Virus record (IMG/VR): IMGVR_UViG_3300027759_003166
Length of the DNA: 64,000 nucleotides
Reading direction: 5' to 3' (one strand)
Origin: a virus
Taxonomy: Duplodnaviria; Caudoviricetes
Part shown: one piece after another, positions 1 to 9,554 of the stretch
Layout: each line of letters begins with the position of its first letter
Numbering within the stretch: position 1 is the stretch's first letter
Notes under the pieces: model-generated
Told to the model about the DNA's origin: nothing
Database searches by the model: none
What the model saw: only the letters and a program-made list of their open reading frames with translations
Program-made: the position numbers and the translations under genes

Positions 1-7
1 CCTTATA

Positions 8-238
8 TTATTCTGCGGCTGCAGGCTGATCTTCAGTCTTTGGTGGTGCTATTGCATTTAGAAATGCATTTAATTTGTCATAGGTTGCGCCCACTGCTGA
101 AATTTCATTTGCAGCAAATACTCCACGGCGTACGGCAACATCTACAATTGACCGTAGATTACCTAGATCAGTAATTGTAAGTTCTGGTGTTTGTGGTGCT
201 TCTTGTGCTGCGGCTTCTTGTGTTTGATTTTCTTCCAT
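8..238 (-). CDS. hypothetical protein (76 aa)
   Basis: ORF with upstream AGGA-like RBS, in line with operon. Confidence 0.7.
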   Translation of the reverse strand: MEENQTQEAAAQEAPQTPELTITDLGNLRSIVDVAVRRGVFAANEISAVGATYDKLNAFLNAIAPPKTEDQPAAAE

Positions 239-249
239 TTTAAATATCC

Positions 250-531
250 TTATTTTTTATGTAAATGTTGGCATCCTATTGCCAGCATGGTTAGTTCCTT
301 CGGGTCTTCCATTCCTATTTCTGTGTAAGCAACGATTTTCCTATCACGATCTAAACCATATCCGTCTTTGATAGCATACCTGCCATCTAAGTTATATTCG
401 ATCCAATGCTCGATGTCCTTAACATCAAATCTATGCTCTATCGAAAGTTTGGTAAAATGATCTGGCATAAAGGATAGTTTCCTTAATCCTAATACTGACA
501 GAGCATTAACCGTTCCTCTATTAAGAGACAT
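250..531 (-). CDS. hypothetical protein (93 aa)
   Basis: ORF tightly packed in minus-strand operon. Confidence 0.7.
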   Translation of the reverse strand: MSLNRGTVNALSVLGLRKLSFMPDHFTKLSIEHRFDVKDIEHWIEYNLDGRYAIKDGYGLDRDRKIVAYTEIGMEDPKELTMLAIGCQHLHKK

Positions 532-543
532 TATATACCTACT

Positions 544-1806
544 TTATTTATAATAAGCTGTCTGGCCGAAGGGTGCAATTATGGTATCATTGCCGTGAAT
601 AACAAACAAACTTTCGCAATGGTCCTCATCTCCCCAGCTTCCGCAAGGATATCCATCTGTAAACATAATAAAACGCTTGGGATTAATATCTTCACGCTTC
701 ATAAATTCGTAGTTAGCATCAAAGTCTGTACCGCCACCGCCCTTAACTTCGTAGCTCATAATGTCATCTGCATTGTCTCCAGAGAACTGAGCATAGTTGT
801 ATACTTCTGTATCAAAGCACCATAGATTCAATTTAAAATCTTTATACTCATCCATAATACCTTTAACTTCACTGATAAAGTCTTTGGCCATTGTATCAGA
901 AATACTACCGCTCATATCAATGGCTACGGACACATCAATAGTTTCTTCATTCATCATTCCGGGCAGGATAGCACCGCAATGTTGGCTTTTACGATTTGGA
1001 CGAGAAAAGCTAAAATTGCTCTTGAAGATACTTTGGATATTCATACGCAGGATCTGACGCCAGTCCATTTTAGGCTCAGTAAAGTCACTGATCATACGAC
1101 GGATACCTGCTGGCACTCGTCCAGCACCTGCGGATTGAGCAGCAGCCATTACAGCTTCTTTGATCTCATCACGGATAGCTTTCTTTTCTTCAGCAGTTAA
1201 CTTTGGACGACCTTTGCCTTTACCGTTATCATCGCCATCTTCTCCGTCGCCGCCTTCACCATCTTCGCCATCCAAGTGTTCGTCTAGCAATTCGCCAAGT
1301 GAACCAATGTCAATCTTTTCTGCTTTCTCATAGAGCTCGTTATAAATTTCTTCATAGCTCTTTCCACGATACTTGTCATCTTGGAAGATCTTAATGAAAC
1401 TTGGCACTACACCAATACGTTCATCTTTTAGAATTTGATTAGCAGCATAGTCGGCAGCGATGTTTGACAATGTAGGATCACGACTATCACGCCGGCCCAT
1501 ATGATCAAATACATTATGCAGAACTTCGTGAGCAAAACCAAACTCTGCTTCTTTAGGATTCAATTTATTAACAAATCCATTGTTGTAATAAAAGGTACGT
1601 CCATCTGTGGCCAATGTATTACACCATTCACTGGCATCAACTAATTTCATACGTGTAGCAAGATTGCCGAAGAACGGATGCTTCAATAGTAAACCAACAC
1701 GAGCCGTAATCAGTTTTTCAAGAATCTTATTCTTTTCAGACGGGGTAAACTGTTTACTAGCCCAATCTTCTTTTTTACTTTTTTCGGCTTTCATTACTTT
1801 AGACAT
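544..1806 (-). CDS. metallopeptidase-like/VWA domain protein (DUF2201-type), partner of MoxR ATPase
   Basis: HEVLH (HExxH) motif, acidic Gly linker, C-terminal VWA MIDAS DMSGS...T...FTDG. Confidence 0.8.
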   Translation of the reverse strand: MSKVMKAEKSKKEDWASKQFTPSEKNKILEKLITARVGLLLKHPFFGNLATRMKLVDASEWCNTLATDGRTFYYNNGFVNKLNPKEAEFGFAHEVLHNVFDHMGRRDSRDPTLSNIAADYAANQILKDERIGVVPSFIKIFQDDKYRGKSYEEIYNELYEKAEKIDIGSLGELLDEHLDGEDGEGGDGEDGDDNGKGKGRPKLTAEEKKAIRDEIKEAVMAAAQSAGAGRVPAGIRRMISDFTEPKMDWRQILRMNIQSIFKSNFSFSRPNRKSQHCGAILPGMMNEETIDVSVAIDMSGSISDTMAKDFISEVKGIMDEYKDFKLNLWCFDTEVYNYAQFSGDNADDIMSYEVKGGGGTDFDANYEFMKREDINPKRFIMFTDGYPCGSWGDEDHCESLFVIHGNDTIIAPFGQTAYYK

Positions 1807-1834
1807 AGTGTATCCTTTTAGTGTTTAAGCATAT

Positions 1835-1863
1835 ATTATACATTAAATTTATCAAAAGAGCAA
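1835..1863 (-). promoter_or_regulatory. sigma70-type promoter TTGCTC-N17-TATAAT
   Basis: -10 at 1835-1840, -35 at 1858-1863, 17-bp spacer, upstream of VWA gene. Confidence 0.6.
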
Positions 1864-1865
1864 GC

Positions 1866-1890
1866 AAAAAGGCCCTTGCGGGCCCTTTTT
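1866..1890 (-). terminator. intrinsic terminator (GGCCC-GCAA-GGGCC + T run; A/T runs on both sides)
   Basis: GC stem with GNRA loop directly after the AAA ATPase stop. Confidence 0.8.
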
Positions 1891-2971
1891 AACTTTCCAT
1901 TGCAACCAAAATGTACTTACCGTACTTGTCGTGGAAACGATCGAAGTGTTTCAATTTGCTAGCATCAAACGGAAGATTGTAGCTAGTCAACGCAACCTTA
2001 GCAGCCATAACAGTTAGCTCAGTTGGGAAGTTATCCATAATGAACAAGAAGAAACGATCTGCCTGTGCATCCCAATCTTTGGCTTTCTTGTTAAAAGCGT
2101 CTTGGAGTTCATAGCAAAGGCTAATGCTCAAAGAGTACATCGCGGAGATTTCTTTAATCTCACATTTGGCAACCTTGCCAGACAAGATGTCTGTTGGGTT
2201 AGGCATTTGTTTAGCAACACGACGGTGTGCCATAAACTTAACAGCAAGTCCTTCACCGATTGCACCAGCAACTAAATCGGTCAATGTGCGCTCATCCAAG
2301 TCGTCGTCCTTGAGCAAATCGCTGACAAAGGACCAAGAACGTGGAGTTGCAAATGCACGGCTTGAAGATTTTGGATCAAAGTCATACAAATCTTGTTTGG
2401 CAAATCCAATATAACCAACAACTTGTTCGTGAAGTTTGTTGTTAACAGCCCACTCTTGCCAATCTTCAAAGTCAGATTTCAATTCGATGTGAACAAAGCG
2501 GTTAGCCAACGGTGCAGGCATACGATAAGTAACGCCTTTGTCAGTTTCACGGTTACCGGCAGCAACAATACTAACACCTTTTGGCAGTTGATAAGTACCA
2601 ACACGACGATTCAATACCAATTGAAAAGCAGCGGCCTGGGTAGCAGGAGCAGCAGAGTTCAATTCATCCAAGAATAGGATAGCAGTAGAATCTGGATCAG
2701 TGGGCAATTCTGCAGGAGGAGCCCAAGTCATAGTATTCTCATTGCTATTGTAATATGGAATACCTTTAATGTCAGTAGGTTCCCAAAGGCTCAAACGAAC
2801 GTCAATGACTTCTCGACCTTGTTCATCACCAATTTGTTTAACGATATCGGATTTGCCAATACCAGGAGGGCCCCACATGAATACAGGACGTTGGATCTTG
2901 ACACATTTACGGATACTGCGCTTGGCTTCGTTAGGAGTAACGGTACGATTAGCGCTCATTGCTTCTGCCAT
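1889..2971 (-). CDS. MoxR-like AAA+ ATPase
   Basis: Walker A GPPGIGKS, Walker B LFLDE, AAGN sensor, NRF arginine finger region. Confidence 0.85.
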   Translation of the reverse strand: MAEAMSANRTVTPNEAKRSIRKCVKIQRPVFMWGPPGIGKSDIVKQIGDEQGREVIDVRLSLWEPTDIKGIPYYNSNENTMTWAPPAELPTDPDSTAILFLDELNSAAPATQAAAFQLVLNRRVGTYQLPKGVSIVAAGNRETDKGVTYRMPAPLANRFVHIELKSDFEDWQEWAVNNKLHEQVVGYIGFAKQDLYDFDPKSSSRAFATPRSWSFVSDLLKDDDLDERTLTDLVAGAIGEGLAVKFMAHRRVAKQMPNPTDILSGKVAKCEIKEISAMYSLSISLCYELQDAFNKKAKDWDAQADRFFLFIMDNFPTELTVMAAKVALTSYNLPFDASKLKHFDRFHDKYGKYILVAMES

Positions 2972-3031
2972 AGTGTAATCTTTCTAAAAAGTTAAATTAA
3001 TATTGCGACGATTATCTGCTGCAATACGTTA

Positions 3032-3060
3032 ATTATACATACATTGTTACACTTTGTCAA
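3032..3060 (-). promoter_or_regulatory. consensus sigma70 promoter TTGACA-N17-TATAAT
   Basis: exact consensus hexamers (3055-3060, 3032-3037), 17-bp spacer. Confidence 0.85.
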
Positions 3061-3437
3061 GTGATTTCTGTATATCTCTTCTGGGCTCTTTGCAATTTTT
3101 GGATATTTCCAGCAAATAAAATGAGCTGTATAGCCATTTTTTCTCCAAAAAGATAGATTTCTTTATGGGTTAAGTAAAACGGACAGTCGACATTATTGTC
3201 AATCCATAGTAATAATGAATTGGTTAAGAACATTGGTTCTTCAAATGCTACTCTGTGATGCTTAATTTCAGCATTACAAAAACTTTCAAATCCCTTTTCG
3301 GTTAGTCCAAGACCGCCCTTTTTCTTTAATCTAGGATTACTCCAAAATACCTGACGTAGATTATCAATTGATCGATCGTCAGTGGTTAGCCCTAACTGCT
3401 CTGCTACTATTTTGGTGATTTTAAGTTTTTGGTTCAT
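3057..3437 (-). CDS. hypothetical protein
   Basis: ORF; ATG at 3437 overlaps the previous stop and is preferred over 3452. Confidence 0.65.
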   Translation of the reverse strand: MNQKLKITKIVAEQLGLTTDDRSIDNLRQVFWSNPRLKKKGGLGLTEKGFESFCNAEIKHHRVAFEEPMFLTNSLLLWIDNNVDCPFYLTHKEIYLFGEKMAIQLILFAGNIQKLQRAQKRYTEIT

Positions 3438-3720
3438 CGGTGATTTTCTCACCAGTAGTTAGTTTATAAACGGAAAATTCTTCTGTGTTAAACATTTTAT
3501 TTAATTTTTCCGCTAAGTTGAAAGCATGACCGCTGTTAGCAAAGGATACCTTCTTATATTTTGGTCCTACTTCTTGTGCAACTACACTACTAGTCTTTAA
3601 ATTAATAGGTTTATCTTTATAAAATACCGACCATACGGCGTCAGACTCTAAAACTTGATCTGTTTTATATGATTTTTTATTTGTTATCTCTAATAAGACG
3701 TTCGGTTTAGGTCTACTCAT
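3421..3720 (-). CDS. hypothetical protein (99 aa)
   Basis: ORF with GGAG RBS and TAAATA motif at 3748-3753. Confidence 0.7.
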   Translation of the reverse strand: MSRPKPNVLLEITNKKSYKTDQVLESDAVWSVFYKDKPINLKTSSVVAQEVGPKYKKVSFANSGHAFNLAEKLNKMFNTEEFSVYKLTTGEKITDEPKT

Positions 3721-3762
3721 TATACATACGCTCCAAATGTGCGTATATATTTACCTGTTTTT

Positions 3763-3978
3763 CTAAAAACGTCCGCCGTCCATTTTAACCTGTATGTTAG
3801 AAGATGCAGAAGCAATTTGATCTAACTGACCTGCTAACCTTGTCATTACTACTGCTAGACTATTTTGCAACTCTGTAGCCTCTGAAATGCTTAAAGTTAC
3901 TACTTTTTGATTGGTTTTTATAGCAATCTTAGTCTTATCCAAGAAGTTTTCAATAGGTATTGTGTTTAGTTGCTTCAT
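3763..3978 (-). CDS. hypothetical protein (71 aa)
   Basis: ORF, ATGA-coupled to upstream gene. Confidence 0.6.
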   Translation of the reverse strand: MKQLNTIPIENFLDKTKIAIKTNQKVVTLSISEATELQNSLAVVMTRLAGQLDQIASASSNIQVKMDGGRF

Positions 3979-4448
3979 ACCTTATTTAGGCTGTTTAATA
4001 CAGCTTTCATCTCCTGTGCAGTCTTAAATGGACCTTGATATGGATTACGTTCGAGTGTAATCAATTTAGGGCAATAACTTCTGAGCCACCCTTTTTGGAA
4101 TTGAATAACATAGTAGCCTGCACAATATCTACTCTTGCTTTTAAGATTTTTGGTGTATAAGGGTAGTCTTGATTTAACATTATACACAGGATTGTAGGGT
4201 TTGGTGCGGCAAGGATAGTTATAAATGGTATGATTAAGAGGTTCTATTTCAAATGTATTAGATTTCTTCCTATCCACGGTGGCTAATTGATCAACAATTT
4301 CTTTAAAACTTTTGATTTCCACTGCTTTGCCTTTACGTAAGAACACATATCCTTTTTTGTTCTTAGCAATAGATCCAATCTTCTTACCATTGCCTTCAAT
4401 GATCCATTCTTTATTGGGTATTAATACTTTAGAAATTACTGCGTTCAT
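3975..4448 (-). CDS. hypothetical protein (157 aa)
   Basis: ORF, ATGA-coupled to RNase H gene. Confidence 0.7.
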   Translation of the reverse strand: MNAVISKVLIPNKEWIIEGNGKKIGSIAKNKKGYVFLRKGKAVEIKSFKEIVDQLATVDRKKSNTFEIEPLNHTIYNYPCRTKPYNPVYNVKSRLPLYTKNLKSKSRYCAGYYVIQFQKGWLRSYCPKLITLERNPYQGPFKTAQEMKAVLNSLNKV

Positions 4449-5437
4449 GCTATATATCTCGCGTTAAGTGGTTCTGCATAACTTTGTATCTGTTCACTAA
4501 TCTTAATTAGATCGTATTCGGAACAAAGTTTAAGCAAACGTACTCCAACTTGTGGAATATTCTTTTCTGCCGTTGTGGCGGTGTTGATTGTTTCTTTAAT
4601 CAACTCTTTAATGTTATCCGGTTGTGCTGTTAGATCACATAGTAGTACATTGCGGGTGTAATCATCTAATACACGATGCTCAACACCTTCGTGGTCAGTC
4701 CAACGTTGCAACATGAGATTGTTCCAAGAATAGCCTTTGGATTCTCTGTCAGCAAACGCATCACGGAGACCAACTTTATTCTTTGTCCCTTTCTCACGTA
4801 CTCCTGGATAAGCACTAAAGATGTTGTCGGAGGTGTCGCCACGCATACACTTCTCAAATAGTAACCATTCTGGTTCAGGTGCACCTTTTGGTAAATTTGT
4901 TTTCTTATCCTTAATGTGCTTACCTCTTTCATCAAAATATCCTTCGTGTGTGGTTGTAATCTGCATCACACCATTATATTGTCGAACATTTGGTGCGATA
5001 AGTTGTGCAAAGTCTCCATCTGTTGAAATAATAATATGATTATCAGTAGGATGACTTTGAATCCAACCTGCAATTAAATCATCTGCTTCTAATTGCTGAT
5101 GCTGTAATACTGTACAGTTAGTCTTGTTTGTAATATAATCTTTAAACTGATCAAACGTTTCCCAAAATACACGATCTTCTTCTGCTTCTCTTGGACTTTG
5201 AGCAGCACGAGCTTCTGTGCGTTGCCGCTTGTAAGGAGCATATACATCCTTGCGCCAGCTACGCCCCTCTAAAAAGAAGATAACATGATCACCTTTAAAA
5301 TCTCGCCATGCTTTACGTACACTACCTAATACAGTAGCAAGACTCATACCAATCTTATCATTAAGATCACCACGAGTTGCATGACGAGCACGGAAAAATG
5401 TATTTGCTGTATCTACAAGAATATATGTTTTGTTCAT
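4445..5437 (-). CDS. rnh: T4 RNase H-like 5'-3' exonuclease/flap endonuclease
   Basis: ILVD N-terminal strand, EADD, ISTDGDFAQL, GDTSDNI PIN/FEN-family motifs. Confidence 0.85.
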   Translation of the reverse strand: MNKTYILVDTANTFFRARHATRGDLNDKIGMSLATVLGSVRKAWRDFKGDHVIFFLEGRSWRKDVYAPYKRQRTEARAAQSPREAEEDRVFWETFDQFKDYITNKTNCTVLQHQQLEADDLIAGWIQSHPTDNHIIISTDGDFAQLIAPNVRQYNGVMQITTTHEGYFDERGKHIKDKKTNLPKGAPEPEWLLFEKCMRGDTSDNIFSAYPGVREKGTKNKVGLRDAFADRESKGYSWNNLMLQRWTDHEGVEHRVLDDYTRNVLLCDLTAQPDNIKELIKETINTATTAEKNIPQVGVRLLKLCSEYDLIKISEQIQSYAEPLNARYIA

Positions 5438-5916
5438 TAAGAAATTTCCGATCTACCATCACCTAAATTATTAACATTAATATAACCACTACCACGTCGG
5501 TCCATATTTACACCAGCCTCGGATCCGATATTTCTGCATAAGTCCTGGAACCAAAGATCAACTACGGATTCATCTGTCTCACCTTGATATCCTTCTGTTC
5601 TTAATTGTAGCACAAAGTACTCGTTCCAGTCAAGTTCAAAGAAGCCATTGCGGATATTATCTTTATTAACGTGAGTGTCCATAACTGCTACCCAGGGTTC
5701 TTTCTTTTCTGTAGCAATCTCTTTGGCTGTTTTTTGTTTCTTTATCTTTGGAACCTTAGGTACTGCCACTGGTACATCTTTAACTTCTGGTACAGTTGGC
5801 TCTTCAACTTTTACCGGCTTGTCTTCGATGCCAAATAAATTTTTAATAAATTTTTTCATTGTATTTTCTTTAGTTGGTATAATTGCTTGATCAAGAATGC
5901 CCATTAAGTTCCCCAC
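5437..5916 (-). CDS. hypothetical protein (start uncertain)
   Basis: ORF between queE and rnh, TAATG overlap with rnh. Confidence 0.65.
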   Translation of the reverse strand: MGNLMGILDQAIIPTKENTMKKFIKNLFGIEDKPVKVEEPTVPEVKDVPVAVPKVPKIKKQKTAKEIATEKKEPWVAVMDTHVNKDNIRNGFFELDWNEYFVLQLRTEGYQGETDESVVDLWFQDLCRNIGSEAGVNMDRRGSGYINVNNLGDGRSEIS

Positions 5917-6767
5917 TCATTTTTAAAGAGCGGAACTTGTAAACGATCACTATAACGTAAACCGTGCTTCATTGCTAACAATGCTACATTACGATTGTTC
6001 ATTGCATACACACTTTCAACACCACCTACTGGCATTAGATAGATATGACCAATAAATCCTGCCTTGCGATAAGCAGCAATCGCACATTCGGCATCAGCAA
6101 AGTCTTGTTCTGTGGCAATAACAAACTTCAAATATGCTGTACCGTATTCTTCGTACTCGCAAACACGTTCTGGTTTAATAGCTTCATCCCACGGTTCACC
6201 ACTACACGGTAGTTTAGCACTAACACTAAATGTAACTTCTCTATGGAAATCGTAATCGTGATGATATTTCCAAGTATGTAGGTATTGTTTAAATGGTGCT
6301 GTTAACTGCATAGTACCATTTGTTTCAAACGTAATCTCTTTAAGACCTTGCATCTTAGGATGTTTCAACAAGTCTGGATATTGTTTTTGCCAACCTAACA
6401 ATGGCTCGCCACCGGTAATAACTAGATGTTCATCACGCCATTCACTAAATGGAAGGATCTCCATAATACGTTCTACAATTGCATCTGTAGTCAACATTGG
6501 ACTTAGATCTTTAAAACGTGGATCCCAACTTGCGTAACTATCACACCCTGTACTTACTAATGGCAATTTTTTATAGTCGTCGTAGTAATGAATACGTGCT
6601 GCAATATCTTCTACCTCACGACTTAGTTCGCCACGTGGCATACCAAATCCTTGACATTTAAAATTACAACCAAACGTTCTAAGGAACACGCTGGGCACTC
6701 CCATATAACGTCCTTCACCCTGCACACTATAAAACAATTCTGCTATTTTAATCTTCGACATGTTCAA
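5904..6767 (-). CDS. queE: 7-carboxy-7-deazaguanine synthase-like radical SAM enzyme
   Basis: IAELFYSVQGEG, FLRTFGCNFKC...CDS (Cys motif with long insert), ITGGEP, ETNGT, RLQV tail. Confidence 0.85.
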   Translation of the reverse strand: MNMSKIKIAELFYSVQGEGRYMGVPSVFLRTFGCNFKCQGFGMPRGELSREVEDIAARIHYYDDYKKLPLVSTGCDSYASWDPRFKDLSPMLTTDAIVERIMEILPFSEWRDEHLVITGGEPLLGWQKQYPDLLKHPKMQGLKEITFETNGTMQLTAPFKQYLHTWKYHHDYDFHREVTFSVSAKLPCSGEPWDEAIKPERVCEYEEYGTAYLKFVIATEQDFADAECAIAAYRKAGFIGHIYLMPVGGVESVYAMNNRNVALLAMKHGLRYSDRLQVPLFKNEWGT

Positions 6768-7758
6768 CCTTTATAATTTTAATAGTTTCCATCCAACTAA
6801 GAGTAGTTAATACAATGGTTTTTAATTGACTATATTTAGGTTGCCATTGAGTATCCGACATAAATTTAGTTGGATCTGCAATCAACTCATCTGGGTCACC
6901 TAATCTTCTCGGCCCTAATTCATAATCAACATCTAGACCGGTGGCAGATTCTACTGCTTTTACTATTTCTAGATTGCTAATACCTTGACCTGTTCCTAGA
7001 TTATACGCTTCAAATGTACCCTGGTCAAGTGTTTTAGCAAGATCAACAGCTTGTACGTGAGCACTAGCAATATCTGAAACGTGTAGATAATCTCGAATAC
7101 ACGTACCATCTTTGGTTAAAAAATCATTGCCGTTTAAAATTAATGTATTTTTTTCTAGCACACTTTGTATTACCTTTGGAATCAAATGTGTATCATTCCA
7201 ATTATTACCAAGTTCTACTTCTGGATCACATCCACAGGCATTAAAGTATCTTAGTGCAATACCTTTATATCCATGTGCTTGTACATGACTTTCAATGACG
7301 TATTCACACATCTTTTTACTATGACCGTATGGACTTACAGGTGTACCTTGTGCATATTCAGCAATAGGAACAGAACAATCATTGCCATAAGTTGCTGCAC
7401 TACTGCTAAAGATGATTGTACCTTTCCATCCTAACTTAGATAAGTCGTCTAACATACGATTAGTCTTGGCAACATTATTATCATAATATTCACCAGGATC
7501 AGCAATACTAGGACCAACTAAGCTAGTTCCAGCAATATGTATAATTGTGTCTACATTGTTTATGTTAGCAGCCGTTGCTGTAATGTTTACGAAGTCGTCA
7601 ATGATTAATTCGTTGACAAACATAGAAGCATTTGGAATAGTCCAAGTGCGGTCAATGCCAATTACATAATAGCCAGCCTGCTGAAAGGCCTTAGCGGTAT
7701 GACTACCGATAAAGCCCATCGCGCCTGTTATGATGACTCGTTTAGTATTTTGACTCAC
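6748..7758 (-). CDS. galE: UDP-glucose 4-epimerase-like extended SDR
   Basis: TGAMGFIG Rossmann motif, FSSSAATYG, YGHSK (YxxxK), LRYFN, CIRDYLHV; GTG start at 7758 inferred. Confidence 0.85.
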   Translation of the reverse strand: MSQNTKRVIITGAMGFIGSHTAKAFQQAGYYVIGIDRTWTIPNASMFVNELIIDDFVNITATAANINNVDTIIHIAGTSLVGPSIADPGEYYDNNVAKTNRMLDDLSKLGWKGTIIFSSSAATYGNDCSVPIAEYAQGTPVSPYGHSKKMCEYVIESHVQAHGYKGIALRYFNACGCDPEVELGNNWNDTHLIPKVIQSVLEKNTLILNGNDFLTKDGTCIRDYLHVSDIASAHVQAVDLAKTLDQGTFEAYNLGTGQGISNLEIVKAVESATGLDVDYELGPRRLGDPDELIADPTKFMSDTQWQPKYSQLKTIVLTTLSWMETIKIIKVEHVED

Positions 7759-8917
7759 GAGTATGTTTCCTATAGTCAGTGCCCATACGTAACATACTGT
7801 CACCTGTACCTTCTAATATATTACAAATACGGTCAATAGTACCGTCATTGTAATCACTAATCATACCTAACTTAGGATCTGGCCAAGTTAACAATACTTC
7901 TAATTTATTTAGAGCATCGTCAATAGACCAGGGAACATATAAGCGAGTGTGATCGTTGGCAAAAGTTTCAGGGAAGCTACGATAAGCAGGATACAATACA
8001 TTACAACCTAACGCATCGGCTTCACTGACTGTGTTTGATACCCAGTCTTGCAAAGCACAATTAAACACCACACGACTATCATTAACAATGTTGTAGTAGT
8101 CATTTTTTTCTAGATCCTGATAAATTTTTAGTATGCCCTTGGCCTCTAGATTGCGTGTACGTTCCATATAGCTTTCGCTATTTGATTTAAGTTTGCCACC
8201 ACTACATACACAGAATTCTGTGCTGTTACCTGGATGTCGTTTGTAGAACTCTTCAATGAGATCCATATAGAAGTCTGGTTGCTTCTCTTGATCCCACCGT
8301 GCTGAGAATACCACACGATTCTTGCGTTCAGCAAATGGTTTAATATTTCCTACACGACCTTGTACTTCACTCTTGCCAAATGCTAATCCACTGATATTGT
8401 AGATTGGACTTTTCCAACCTGCAATCTTCATATGCATTACCATTTCTTCATTAGTTGCAAGTACTCCGTCCACAAATGAGTCAACCATTTTTTCGTAGTG
8501 ACCCATGAAATCCTGCATACCCCATACATGAACAAAATCGTCAGGATCAATGGACTGAGCAAGACAGCGAACATAAATCCTAGGCCTGTGAATAGGATCA
8601 ATTTGCTTAAGAATATACGGAAGACTTTCGATTCCGGGCTGAAACATGTCTTCAAAGTAGACAACATCTTCATTATTCAATTCTCCTTGTTTCATCATCT
8701 TAATTAGATTCATTAGCTGTGACATACCAAAGTATGTACGACCATGTGCATCCAATACTTGACCTGTTACGATTGCTTGGTCATTGCTGAGTGTTTCGCC
8801 AGGCACAACAATATAGTCGATACCGCGACGATCGAATACAGCAGTATTCCAGTCTTGCAATTGATATGTATATCGGGCGACATATTTTTCTAACCCCATA
8901 TAATATAGTTTACGCAT
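7742..8917 (-). CDS. GT-B fold glycosyltransferase (GT4-like)
   Basis: FSARWDQEKQP, EADALGC..LYP..SFPE C-terminal nucleotide-sugar-binding pattern. Confidence 0.65.
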   Translation of the reverse strand: MRKLYYMGLEKYVARYTYQLQDWNTAVFDRRGIDYIVVPGETLSNDQAIVTGQVLDAHGRTYFGMSQLMNLIKMMKQGELNNEDVVYFEDMFQPGIESLPYILKQIDPIHRPRIYVRCLAQSIDPDDFVHVWGMQDFMGHYEKMVDSFVDGVLATNEEMVMHMKIAGWKSPIYNISGLAFGKSEVQGRVGNIKPFAERKNRVVFSARWDQEKQPDFYMDLIEEFYKRHPGNSTEFCVCSGGKLKSNSESYMERTRNLEAKGILKIYQDLEKNDYYNIVNDSRVVFNCALQDWVSNTVSEADALGCNVLYPAYRSFPETFANDHTRLYVPWSIDDALNKLEVLLTWPDPKLGMISDYNDGTIDRICNILEGTGDSMLRMGTDYRKHTRESKY

Positions 8918-9153
8918 TATTGATCCTGATATTCACGTTGGGGCTTTCCAGAAGCCTCGCGACGTGCCTTACGCTGCAAATACTCTTGTTCTTGTTGGAA
9001 CCTACGATAGTCATTGGAACGATAAAGATCCTTCTCATTGTAGGGGAGAAGATTAAATCTGCAATGATCTAACCAAGCATCGAGATCATCAAAGATCCGA
9101 TTAACTTCGGGTTTCATTTTAAGAGTTTTTTGAATGTAATTTGGCTGTGCCAT
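8917..9153 (-). CDS. hypothetical protein (78 aa)
   Basis: ORF coupled (TAATG) to the glycosyltransferase. Confidence 0.65.
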   Translation of the reverse strand: MAQPNYIQKTLKMKPEVNRIFDDLDAWLDHCRFNLLPYNEKDLYRSNDYRRFQQEQEYLQRKARREASGKPQREYQDQ

Positions 9154-9170
9154 TTAAGTTTTTCCTATTA

Positions 9171-9554
9171 TTAGGGTTGATTAACAAATGTAAGTGTGGC
9201 ACCATTCTCGCCATCTTCACTTACGTCAATGATGGTCTTACGACCAGGGTACCTTGCGGTAATTGTCGTGTTAAGTTCACGAGCAATCATTTCACAAGAT
9301 TTGTGGTTGAGTTCAAGAATGCCATCATTGTAGCACTTCTCAAGCCAACGCTTAAACTGGATAAATTCAATATCGCGGTCATCTTGGAAGACCTCAATAG
9401 AAACTTTAAAATGGAAAATGTGTCGATGTGGAGTTCCAAGGAAACTTACATCATATTCGTCGCCTGTGGCCAACTTAGGATCAGTTGCGGCTGCGGGATA
9501 GCAGTGAATACCTTCTTTTTGAAATTTCACCCAGATAACTGATAAATCGTTCAT
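9171..9554 (-). CDS. divergent QueD-like T-fold protein (possible DpdL-type CDG decarboxylase)
   Basis: LGTPHRHIF, DIEFIQFKRWL, SCEMIA motifs; lacks canonical CxxxHGH. Confidence 0.6.
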   Translation of the reverse strand: MNDLSVIWVKFQKEGIHCYPAAATDPKLATGDEYDVSFLGTPHRHIFHFKVSIEVFQDDRDIEFIQFKRWLEKCYNDGILELNHKSCEMIARELNTTITARYPGRKTIIDVSEDGENGATLTFVNQP

